Shown: one piece after another, positions 1-8,458 of the stretch
Numbering within the stretch: the first letter of the stretch is position 1
Layout: every line of letters starts with the position of its first letter
Assembly: GCA_016882485.1 (NCBI GenBank)
Contig: VGPT01000005.1
Span: 386 to 64,385 of the forward strand
Direction of reading: 5' to 3'
Origin: Cyanobacteria bacterium M_surface_10_m1_298
GTDB lineage: Bacteria; Cyanobacteriota; Cyanobacteriia; PCC-6307; Cyanobiaceae
Length of the DNA stretch: 64,000 nt
Program-made: the position numbers and the translations under genes
Notes under the pieces: generated by a model
Databases searched by the model: none
What the model was told of the DNA's origin: nothing
Seen by the model: only the letters and a program-made list of their open reading frames with translations

Positions 1-1969
1 CCCCAGACTCCACCACCAGGGTGTTCATGGCACCGCCGATGGACACCAGATCGGCGCCATCCAGGCTGGAGTTGGCATCGGCGGCGCTGTAGCCGTAAAG
101 GCTCACCTGGGTGGCGGCACCATTCACACGGATGGTGTCGTTGGAATCGGCACCCTCCACCACCACCAGGGAAGCAACGGCGTTGAGGGAAATCGAATCC
201 TCACCGCTGCCGCCCACCAGGGTGGCGGAGGTTGCATTGCCAGCCACGATGATCGTGTCGTTGGCACCGCCGCCGGCCACGTAACCGTTGCTGATGGAGC
301 TGCCCAGGGTGATGGAATCGGCACCGGCCACGTCGTCGGCGCTGCTTTCACCCAGCACGCTGGAGCCAGCCACCAGGGCACCGCCCAGGATCAGGGTGTC
401 AACGCCGTTGCCGCCCAGCAGCACACCGGCGGAGAGCACACCACCGACGCTCACCAGGTCGTTGCCGCTGCCGCCCACCACAGAGGAGGAGGTGACGGAG
501 CCCACACTGATGGTGTCGTTGGCCAGGCCACCATCCACATAGGCGGCACTCAGGGAGCCGCCGATGCTGATGGAATCGGTGCCATCGGTGCTGCCGCTGT
601 TGGAGATGTTGGCGCCCCACACGGAGGAACCCTCCACGTGACTGGTGATCACGATCGAGTCGTTCTGGTTGCCACCGCTGATGGTGGAGTTGCTCACCAG
701 ACTGAGGGTGATCGAGTCGTTGCCGTCTGCACCCAGAACACGAACTGCGGAGGCGGTGGCAGCCGCAGCGCTGATGCTGTCGTTGCCGGAGCCCAGGCCC
801 ACGGCACCCACCAGGGTGCTGCCGGCCACCACCAGCGTGTCGTCACCGTCGCCGGTGTTGATCAGGCCGGCGGTGCCGAGCACGGCACCGGAAACGGTGA
901 TGGTGTCGTTGCCGCCGCCACCAAGCACGGTGGAGGCGGAGATGGTGCCCAGCACAATCGTGTCGGCGCCATCGAGGCTGTCGTTGGCACCACCGATCAC
1001 GGAGGCCGCGATCACGCTGCCACCGATCGAGAGATAGTCGGCATCACGCTCACCGTCCACCGAACCGGCGGACATGGAGCCGGTCACCACCAGGGAGTCG
1101 TTGCCGGTGCCGAGCTTGACGCTGGATGCGGACACCACGTTGCCGGTGATGTTCACCGTGTCGGCCGCCACCTGGGTGTTGATGCGGCTGGCGCTCACAT
1201 CGCCGGCGAAACTGAGGGTGTCAGCACCGTCATCGACGGTATTGCCACTGGCACCGCCCCAGATGGTGGAGTTGCTGGAGGTGCCGAAGCTGAGACGATC
1301 ACCGCCGCCGCCGCCGGCGACGCTGCTGGCGATCACACTGGAGCCCACCGAGATGGTGTCGGAGCCGGTGCCACCGGTGATCGTGGAGCTCACGACCGAG
1401 CCGGTGATCGAGATCTGGTCGCTGTCGTTGTCGCCGGAGAACAGGGCCGAGGTGGCGTTCCCCACGATCGAGACGGTGTCTTCGCCCTTGCCGCCCTTGA
1501 TCTGGGCATTGCTGATGGAACCAGTGACGGTGATGCGGTCGCTACCGCCGTCGCCCGTGAGGATGGCGCCGCCGATCACGCTGCCGTTGATGTTGAACGA
1601 ATCGGCGTCGTCGTTGGTGATGCCATCACCGCCACCGGCGATGCGGCCACCGTCAACGGCGCCGGTGATCAGGAAGGAGTCAGATCCGGCATTGCCGGCA
1701 ACGTTGGCGCGGGTCAGACCGCGGCCGTAGCTGAATGTGTCGGCGCCTTCACCACCCTTCAGCGTCGAGAGACTGCCCAGCGTGCGGGAGCTGATGCTGT
1801 CTGTAAAGAGATCGGCATCGGAGTCGCCCAGCAGGGAGACAGCCGAAACAGAGCCGACGTCGATGGTGTCGTTACCTCCGAGGGCCTCGACGGTGTCGCC
1901 GCTAGCAAAGGTGTATTGAGAGCCGCCGACCAGGGAGTCAGCGGTAGGGGTTCCCGTGATTAAAGCCAT
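1..1969 (-). CDS. Large Gly/Ser/Thr/Asp-rich beta-roll (RTX-like) surface protein, SwmA/S-layer-like; partial, runs off the left edge
   Basis: Absent from the ORF track because it has no stop in the window. Manual translation from ATG at 1969 gives MALITGTPTADSLVGGSQYTFASGDTVEALGGNDTID... with G-G-x-G-x-D-(T/S)-(I/L) motifs recurring every ~20-25 aa (GGEGADTF, GGKGEDTV, GGTGSDTI, GGGGNDTI, GGSGNDLV, GGNGVDTL). Open for ~656 codons. Confidence 0.85.
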   Translation of the reverse strand, partial: MALITGTPTADSLVGGSQYTFASGDTVEALGGNDTIDVGSVSAVSLLGDSDADLFTDSISSRTLGSLSTLKGGEGADTFSYGRGLTRANVAGNAGSDSFLITGAVDGGRIAGGGDGITNDDADSFNINGSVIGGAILTGDGGSDRITVTGSISNAQIKGGKGEDTVSIVGNATSALFSGDNDSDQISITGSVVSSTITGGTGSDTISVGSSVIASSVAGGGGGDRLSFGTSSNSTIWGGASGNTVDDGADTLSFAGDVSASRINTQVAADTVNITGNVVSASSVKLGTGNDSLVVTGSMSAGSVDGERDADYLSIGGSVIAASVIGGANDSLDGADTIVLGTISASTVLGGGGNDTITVSGAVLGTAGLINTGDGDDTLVVAGSTLVGAVGLGSGNDSISAAAATASAVRVLGADGNDSITLSLVSNSTISGGNQNDSIVITSHVEGSSVWGANISNSGSTDGTDSISIGGSLSAAYVDGGLANDTISVGSVTSSSVVGGSGNDLVSVGGVLSAGVLLGGNGVDTLILGGALVAGSSVLGESSADDVAGADSITLGSSISNGYVAGGGANDTIIVAGNATSATLVGGSGEDSISLNAVASLVVVEGADSNDTIRVNGAATQVSLYGYSAADANSSLDGADLVSIGGAMNTLVVESG

Positions 1970-2276
1970 GAATGAAGTCGAAACGACAGGGTCGGTTGAG
2001 AACTGGGGGTGGAGACGCCGAGGTCTCTCGACCCGGCCCGATCAAATTCAGCAAGCTCAAGGGATCCAACCTTGCCCTTGCCATCTCGTGAGAGACATGA
2101 GTCTCATTGAGAGGAAGGTCAAAATAAGGACTCTTACCTACTGAAACGGGTCAAATGTACAGGTCAGCCGCGTGGGGGTCAAGCGCGTCAGCGTGCTCTG
2201 ACAGGGCCAAGGGACGGCTCTGTGATTGACTTCTCAAAGACTGATCTGTCTCAACAGTCATCTGTTCTCTATAGCC

Positions 2277-3161
2277 ATGTCCTGGAACCTCAGTGCGCTC
2301 GAGGCCCTGGCGGGCCAAGCCCAGCCCGACCTGCAGGCCATTGAGCAGGGGGCCGTCCCCCTGGCCCGTTTCCTGGCCGCCGCGCCCGCGGATTTTTTGG
2401 AGCCGCTGCTCAGCAGCCCGTTCGGACGGGTGTACCGCCTGTTCCTGGAGCGATGCTGCACCCACAGCTTCCAGGGGGCGGCGGCCCTGCAGCTGCGGGA
2501 TCAGCTGGCGGGTGAGCTGCGGGTGTGCGGCTTCCAGAGCGCCCAGGGCCATGGGCTGTTGCTAGCGCTGATGCCCCTCTACCCCCCGGGGGCCCTGAAG
2601 GTGGAGGACGCTCCCGCCAAACTGCCGGGCTGGCTGCTCGACCTTTACAAACGACGCTACGAGCCAGCCACCCAACCCTCTGCTGGGGCCGCCAGCGACG
2701 CCGCTGCCGCCACCGGGGCCGCCAACTTCACGGATCGCATTTTCCTCAACCGGATGCTGGGGCTCTCCAACCTCTATTACATCGATCCCGAGGACCAGGA
2801 GATCCTGCAGGAGCTGCGCCAGGTGCGCCTGCAGACCGTGGAGCTGCTGCTGGGGGTGTCCAGCCGCGAACTCGGGGAGCACTTCACCGCCGATTTCGGA
2901 GACCGCTACTGGGCCATGGCCCAAAGCGGTGTGCAGAAGGAGCCCCTCGACGCCCACGAGGCGGCCCAGCGTGATGCCATCCAACAGTGGTTGGGCAGCC
3001 GGTCCCAAAGCCTGGCGCAGGAGGGGGGCATCCAGCGGTTTGCGGCGGCCCTGCTCTTCAACCTGCCCGGCACCGTGAAACTGGCCAACCCGGAGGCCAA
3101 CCTGCCCGCCTGGTTCCTGGAGGGGTTCCGCCGCTACGCCACCACCACCGTGCCGGCGTGA
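2277..3161 (+). CDS. Hypothetical protein with two-fold internal repeat, coupled to the downstream glycosyltransferase
   Basis: ATG at 2277 (MSWNLSALE) inside ORF 2226..3161. Both halves share the pattern FG..Y...RD.l...L...G...A.l...PG.lK...LP.W.l..y.RY. Its TGA overlaps the next GTG (GTGA). Confidence 0.8.
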   Translation: MSWNLSALEALAGQAQPDLQAIEQGAVPLARFLAAAPADFLEPLLSSPFGRVYRLFLERCCTHSFQGAAALQLRDQLAGELRVCGFQSAQGHGLLLALMPLYPPGALKVEDAPAKLPGWLLDLYKRRYEPATQPSAGAASDAAAATGAANFTDRIFLNRMLGLSNLYYIDPEDQEILQELRQVRLQTVELLLGVSSRELGEHFTADFGDRYWAMAQSGVQKEPLDAHEAAQRDAIQQWLGSRSQSLAQEGGIQRFAAALLFNLPGTVKLANPEANLPAWFLEGFRRYATTTVPA

Positions 3162-4387
3162 AGGTTCTCTTTGTTCACTGCAATTTCCCGGCCCAGTTCA
3201 GGCACCTGGCCGCCCGCCTGTGCGGCGAAGGCCAGCACACGGTGCACTTCCTGGCCAGGGGCAAGGAGTGGACGGCCTCCGACATCCCGGGCTTGATCCG
3301 CCACGGCTACCAACTGGAGCGGGAGCCCACGGCCCAGCTCTGCCACCCTTACCTGCGCCGCATGGAAAGTGCGGTGCTGCACGGCCAGGGGGCCCTCAGG
3401 GAAGCCATCAAACTGCGGCAGCAGGGGTTTGAGCCCGATCTGATCGTGGGCCACTCCGGCTTCGGCAACACCCTGTATCTCAAGGAGGTGTGGCCCCAAG
3501 CGCGGTTCATTGGCTATTTCGAGTGGTTCTACCGCTCCAGCGGCTCCGATGTGGGCTTTGGCCGCGATGAGCCCACCAGCCCGGACACCAGCCTGCGGGT
3601 GCATACCTACAACGCGCCGATCGTGATGGACCTGGCCCTGGCGGATGGGGCCCTCTGCCCCACCCAGTGGCAGGCCAGCCAGTTTCCCGAGGCCCTGCGG
3701 CAGCGTCTCACCGTGGGATTCGACGGCATCGACACCGAGCTGTTTCAGCCGGCTGCGGATGGCCCCTCGGGCCTGGAGCTGGGAGACCTGCATATCCCCG
3801 CCGATGTGCCCCTGGTGACGTACGTCACCCGCTGCTTTGAGCCCTACCGGGGCTGGCCGCAGGTGGCTGCCGGACTATCCCTGCTGCTGCAGCGCAACCC
3901 CCATTGCCAGGTGCTGCTGGTGGGCTCCGATGAGGTGGCCTATGGCTCCGCCCGGGGGGACGGCAAGAGCTGGCGTCAATGGGCCCTGGATGAATATCCG
4001 ATGGACCCCAGCCGGGTGCACTACCTACCGCCGCTGCAGTACGAGCAGTACCGCCAGGTGCTGCGGGCCAGTTGGGTGCACCTCTACTGGACGATCCCGT
4101 TCATCCTCAGCTGGAGCCTGATGGAAAGCCTGAGCACGGGCTGTTGCCTGGTGGCCAGTGGCACCCCACCGGTGCAGGAGGTGATCCGGGACGGGGACGA
4201 GGGCATCCTGGTGCCGTTCCACGACAGCCAACAGTTGGCGGACCAGACGGATCGGCTGCTGCGGGATTGCACAGCCCGCCGGGCACTGGGGCAGCGGGCC
4301 CGCCAGCGCATCCTGGACCAGGGCTATGACCTACCCAGCTGCCTGCTGGGTCAGCTGCAGCTGATCGATCAGGTGATGGCCGGCTGA
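3158..4387 (+). CDS. Glycosyltransferase family 4 (GT-B)
   Basis: GTG start, VKVLFVHCNFPAQFRHLA. GHSGFG motif, YVTRCFEPYRG, and C-terminal LSWSLMESLSTGCCLVAS (E-x7-E-like region). Confidence 0.9.
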   Translation: MKVLFVHCNFPAQFRHLAARLCGEGQHTVHFLARGKEWTASDIPGLIRHGYQLEREPTAQLCHPYLRRMESAVLHGQGALREAIKLRQQGFEPDLIVGHSGFGNTLYLKEVWPQARFIGYFEWFYRSSGSDVGFGRDEPTSPDTSLRVHTYNAPIVMDLALADGALCPTQWQASQFPEALRQRLTVGFDGIDTELFQPAADGPSGLELGDLHIPADVPLVTYVTRCFEPYRGWPQVAAGLSLLLQRNPHCQVLLVGSDEVAYGSARGDGKSWRQWALDEYPMDPSRVHYLPPLQYEQYRQVLRASWVHLYWTIPFILSWSLMESLSTGCCLVASGTPPVQEVIRDGDEGILVPFHDSQQLADQTDRLLRDCTARRALGQRARQRILDQGYDLPSCLLGQLQLIDQVMAG

Positions 4388-5196
4388 GGGGCCGAGCCCC
4401 CTGGATTGGCCAGGACCACGCTGAGATCACTGAATTGCAAGCGCTCCACGGACAGCAGCCAACTGGTGGGAAGGCCCGCAGCCCTGGGCTCAAGGCGGAA
4501 GAGGGGGGCAGAACCCTCGGTTTGAATGGCGCGCCAGCGGTAGGCGGCAGCGGGGGCCGCGATCTCCACAGTGTCGCGGCCGGCACCCCCCGCCAACAGC
4601 TGGGGGCTGGTGAGGCTGGCGGTGATGCGGTCGTTGCCGCTCAACCCGAGCACCACCTGCGGCTCCGGCTCCAGGCCGGTGATGATGTCGGCGCGATCGC
4701 TGCCCAGGGCCACACGGGTGGGGTCCAGCTTGCGCAAAAAGGCCTTGCCCAGAGGGAGATCGGGCACTGCCACCCCAAAGTCCCGTAGGGGGTCGGCAAA
4801 GATCGGCTCGCTGGCCCCGGGGGGTTGCACCCCCACCAGGAACACCTGAAAGCCCAGGGTGCTGTTGGGGGGGATGGTCTCACCGGCACCCTCGGCTCCG
4901 TAAGCCAGCTCCGCGGGCACGGTGAGTTCCACCACGGAACCCAGACGCACATCCTTGAGCCCCTGGTCCCAACCAGGAATCACTTCACCGGCGCCGAGAG
5001 CAAACGGGAACAGGGCGGTGCTGTCGAGGTTCTGATCAAACACCGAGGCCAGGGAGTAGGGCGGGAAAAAGCCCACATACTTCACCCCCACCACATCGCC
5101 CGGTTGCAACGGCCGGCCAGCACCGCTGCGGAGCATGCGCAGGATGAGACCCTGGCCCAGGTCGACACTGGCACCGGGCTTGAACGATCGCGGCAC
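4369..5196 (-). CDS. FKBP-type peptidyl-prolyl isomerase fused to an RTX-like C-terminal region
   Basis: FKBP motifs VKYVG...VFD...F.LG.GEVIPGWDQGL....G....LTVPAELAYG..G....IPPNSTL.F.V.LV. Tail has GLSGNDRI, GGAGRDTV and ends ...VERLQFSD. GTG start preceded by AGGAGG. Confidence 0.85.
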   Translation of the reverse strand: MPRSFKPGASVDLGQGLILRMLRSGAGRPLQPGDVVGVKYVGFFPPYSLASVFDQNLDSTALFPFALGAGEVIPGWDQGLKDVRLGSVVELTVPAELAYGAEGAGETIPPNSTLGFQVFLVGVQPPGASEPIFADPLRDFGVAVPDLPLGKAFLRKLDPTRVALGSDRADIITGLEPEPQVVLGLSGNDRITASLTSPQLLAGGAGRDTVEIAAPAAAYRWRAIQTEGSAPLFRLEPRAAGLPTSWLLSVERLQFSDLSVVLANPGGSAPQPAIT

Positions 5197-5346
5197 CTCT
5201 ATTCAGCCTCCTAATTTCCTACGACTCAACTTAAAGGCATTCCAAATTCCATGGGCGGTCGATTTGGTGAAGGGCAGTGAATGCATTCATACAGCTGTTT
5301 AAAATGAGCTGATCTGTTAGTAGTCGCCACACCGGCGTCCAGACCT

Positions 5347-7368
5347 ATGGGTTTTGGTGGACTCCCGAGCTTCGCCCACACCAGCGGCGCCAGGCCATCG
5401 GGGTCGAGCCCCGCCCCCACCATCATCAAGCCGAGCCTCGCCCCCACCATCCTTCCTTCCCGGCCCGGCAGCGGTCCGATCTCAGGGGGCGGCTATTCAG
5501 GCTCTGGCTACTCCGGTGGCGGCTACTCCGGTGGTCCCATCTCCGGCGGCGGTTACTCCGGTGGTCCCATCTCCGGCGGCGGTTACTCCGGTGGTCCCAT
5601 CTCCGGCGGCGGTTACTCCGGTGGTCCCATCTCCGGCGGCGGTTACTCCGGTGGTCCCATCTCCGGCGGCGGTTACTCAGGCTCTGGCTACACCGGCAGC
5701 GGCTATGGCGTACTCACCGTGGCCAGCGGACCGCCTGAGCTGCTGGAGGCCACCAGCAACGGCGATCTGATCACCCTCTCATTTGACAGTGAGCTCGGGG
5801 CCAGCAACCCCTCCAGCAGCCGATTCGCCGTCACCTCCGGCGGCAAAGCCGTGCCCGTAGTGAGCACCGCTGTGAACGCCGCGGACGGCCTGGTGAAGAT
5901 CACCCTGGCCCGCGCCCTCACCCCCAAAGACACCTCCGTGGCGGTGAGCTACACCGACCTCAAAAACGACCAGACCAGTGGCGTGATTGAAGGCGTTGAT
6001 GGCAGTGATCTCGCCAGCTTCAAGAATTTCACGGTGATTCCCCAAACCGAGGATTCCAGCGCTCCGGTGGTGAGCAGCGCCGCCGTGGATGGCGCCCTGC
6101 TCACCCTGCAATTTGACGAAGCCCTCGGCGGCGGGTCACTGCCCTCCGCCAGCAGCTTCACCGTGACGGTGAATGGCCGCCCGGCGTCCGTGGCCAGCGT
6201 GAGTGCTGAGGCGGATGCCGGTCTGGTGACCCTGAAGCTGGCCAAAGCGGTGCAATTCGACCAAACGGTCGAACTCGCCTACCGGGACCTCTCCGGCGAC
6301 CAGACCAGCAAGGTGATCCAAGACGAGGCCGGCAACGACCTGGCCACCTTCAGCAAGCTGGCGGTGGTGAACAACACCTTTGACCCCACCCCGCTCGACG
6401 TCAACCTGGTAGAGGTGGACGGCGACACCGTCACGGTGAGCTTCGACAAGAACATCAAGGCCACGGTGCCCTCGGCCAGCAGCTTCCGCATCGAAGCCAA
6501 CGGCAAGGTCTTGAAAGTGACCCGCGCAGCCACCTTCCCAGACGACAGGCAGGTGGTGCTCACCCTGGCCAGTGCCGTGGAGAGCGACGACAGCGTCACC
6601 TTCAGCTACATCGACGCCGCCGGCGACCAAAGCAAAGGTGCCGTGGAGGATCTCCAGGGCAACGACCTGGTGTCGATCACCAAGCGGCCGGTGAAGAACA
6701 TCACCCCAGACTTGAATCCCCTCAGCCTGGAATCCGCCCAGGCCGATGGTAATGCCATCGCGCTCACCTTCAGCAAACCCCTGGCCACCACCCTTCCCAC
6801 CCCCAGTCGCTTCACGCTGCTTGCGGACGGCAAGAAATTGAACGTCAAGAGCATCTCCAGCACCCCCGCAGACGGGGTCGTCACCCTCAATCTGGCCAAG
6901 GCCATTCCCCTGGGGGTGACGGTGCAGCTCGACTACAGCGACCAAACGGGCGACCAGAACCGCGGTGTGATCGAAGATCTGGCCGGCAACGACCTGGCCA
7001 GCATTAAGAAGTTCAGCGTCACCAACTTTGTGCTCGATGAGGAGGCCCCCAACCTCATCGACGCCACCGTGGACGGCAAGGAACTGGTGCTGTTCTTCGA
7101 TGAGGTGATCAACCCCGGCAAGGTGCTCACGTCCGCCTTCCGCGTGGAAGTGGGCGGCAAACGGGCCAAGATCAGCGGCAGCAGCGTCAGCGTGGACAAA
7201 GACAGCACAGAGGTGGTGTTGATGCTGAACGCCGCCGCCGCCCCCAATGCCCAGGTGGAGGTGAGCTACACCGACTCCAAGGGTGATCAATTGGATGGGG
7301 TGATCCAGGATCTGGCCGGCAACGACCTCGAAAGCCTGCGTCGTTTCTCAGTCGAAAACATCGCCTGA
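5347..7368 (+). CDS. SwmB-domain protein A: Gly/Tyr/Ser repeat head + 5 SwmB-type domains
   Basis: Five ~110-aa repeats (P.l..a.vdG..l.L.F...L....P....F.v...G.......v.L.La.......vsY.D..gDQ..GVIqD.aGNDl.sf), matching the cyanobacterial long-protein repeat (TIGR02059/PF13753 type). No signal peptide. Confidence 0.85.
   Translation: MGFGGLPSFAHTSGARPSGSSPAPTIIKPSLAPTILPSRPGSGPISGGGYSGSGYSGGGYSGGPISGGGYSGGPISGGGYSGGPISGGGYSGGPISGGGYSGGPISGGGYSGSGYTGSGYGVLTVASGPPELLEATSNGDLITLSFDSELGASNPSSSRFAVTSGGKAVPVVSTAVNAADGLVKITLARALTPKDTSVAVSYTDLKNDQTSGVIEGVDGSDLASFKNFTVIPQTEDSSAPVVSSAAVDGALLTLQFDEALGGGSLPSASSFTVTVNGRPASVASVSAEADAGLVTLKLAKAVQFDQTVELAYRDLSGDQTSKVIQDEAGNDLATFSKLAVVNNTFDPTPLDVNLVEVDGDTVTVSFDKNIKATVPSASSFRIEANGKVLKVTRAATFPDDRQVVLTLASAVESDDSVTFSYIDAAGDQSKGAVEDLQGNDLVSITKRPVKNITPDLNPLSLESAQADGNAIALTFSKPLATTLPTPSRFTLLADGKKLNVKSISSTPADGVVTLNLAKAIPLGVTVQLDYSDQTGDQNRGVIEDLAGNDLASIKKFSVTNFVLDEEAPNLIDATVDGKELVLFFDEVINPGKVLTSAFRVEVGGKRAKISGSSVSVDKDSTEVVLMLNAAAAPNAQVEVSYTDSKGDQLDGVIQDLAGNDLESLRRFSVENIA
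5524..5678 (+). repeat. 30-bp coding tandem repeat, 5 near-perfect copies (GGPISGGGYS)
   Basis: Unit ggtggtcccatctccggcggcggttactcc repeated head to tail, flanked by degenerate GSGYS/GGGYS units. Confidence 0.95.
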
Positions 7369-8400
7369 GGTCCGTTCCTCATCGCCCTGCCGCGAACGCA
7401 ACCAGCCCTGAAGCCAGAGCTTCAGGGCTGTTTTAGTTGGCGCTTGCGACCAGCGGTGCAGGGCCTGCCACTGCGCAGCGGTCACGCGCCCCAGCCAGCT
7501 GCGATCCGCCAGCAGGGCAGCGCTGTCGCGGCCCCGTAGGCGCAACGCCGGCCCGGCCAGGGCCCGCACCAGGCCCTCCTGATCGCCGGGGCGCCTCTGG
7601 GGATGGGGCCGCCAGGGCCCTTCCAGGGCACACCCGGCCTGCAGCGGTAGCAGGGGTGGCAGCTGCTCGTTCAGCTCGGAGAGCAACCGCAGGGCCAGCT
7701 CCGATGGGCTGCGGTTCGCCTGCACCAGGGGCCACGCCTCAACGCCCGCCAAACCGAGGGCCTGCAGATAGTGGCCCACCGGCCCCTGCGGATGGCTGCA
7801 GGCCTGGCTGAAGTCCAGCACCTGCAGCCGACCAAACACCCGCTCCAACCGCCGCTGCCGTTGGCTGGGGCTGGGCAGCGACGCCAACCAGTCCCAGGCC
7901 TGCGCGAGGGTCTGGCCGCTCAGAACCCGCTGAGACAAGTGAGACTCCCACAACGCCAACGGCTCCCGTTGCACCAGCCAGGGCCGGCAGACCAATCCGG
8001 CGCCGTCAAACCAGGCCGCCAGCGCCTCCAGCTCGGGCAAGGTCATCAGCGAAACGTCCTCCGCCACCAACAGCAGGGTGTCCTGGGGAGGGGTGGCGTC
8101 TACAACGGCGCGCAACTGCTGCCGCATCTGCACCTGGGCAGCGTGGGGATCCAGGCCAAAGCGTGGGTTCATGTGATACCCCTCCGGCCGCTGGCTGAAG
8201 GCGTTCACCAGCAGCATCGAATGGTTGCTGCAGCCGGCCCAGGGGCCGAAGGTGTAGAGCGGGAAGCGCACACCCCGCTGGAGCAGCCCGGCGCGGTGGG
8301 CGGCGCAACTGAGCTGGAGCGAGGTGGTCGCCGTACGATGCAAACCGCACCACAGCCACAGTTCCCGCCTGAGCGCAGTGCCAGCAGGGGGCCCCGCCAT
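7348..8400 (-). CDS. Sulfotransferase-like (P-loop/PAPS-binding) hypothetical protein
   Basis: ATG at 8400 preferred over 8511. N-terminal LWCGLHRTATTSLQ resembles the H-(K/R)-T-(G/A)-T-T-S PAPS-binding motif. The 3' end overlaps the convergent gene by 21 bp. Confidence 0.6.
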   Translation of the reverse strand: MAGPPAGTALRRELWLWCGLHRTATTSLQLSCAAHRAGLLQRGVRFPLYTFGPWAGCSNHSMLLVNAFSQRPEGYHMNPRFGLDPHAAQVQMRQQLRAVVDATPPQDTLLLVAEDVSLMTLPELEALAAWFDGAGLVCRPWLVQREPLALWESHLSQRVLSGQTLAQAWDWLASLPSPSQRQRRLERVFGRLQVLDFSQACSHPQGPVGHYLQALGLAGVEAWPLVQANRSPSELALRLLSELNEQLPPLLPLQAGCALEGPWRPHPQRRPGDQEGLVRALAGPALRLRGRDSAALLADRSWLGRVTAAQWQALHRWSQAPTKTALKLWLQGWLRSRQGDEERTSGDVFD

Positions 8401-8458
8401 GGCGGCTTGCCGATTGCGTCCGTCGCCCCGACCGTACAACTGACCACCCGGCCCCGCC

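Noticed and set aside
638-1963. 441-aa plus-strand ORF and neighbouring short ORFs
   Set aside because: Antisense shadow of the real minus-strand RTX-like gene. High-GC codon bias keeps the reverse frames open.
5524-5678. 30-bp repeats as a CRISPR array
   Set aside because: No spacers, in-frame coding unit, and no cas genes.
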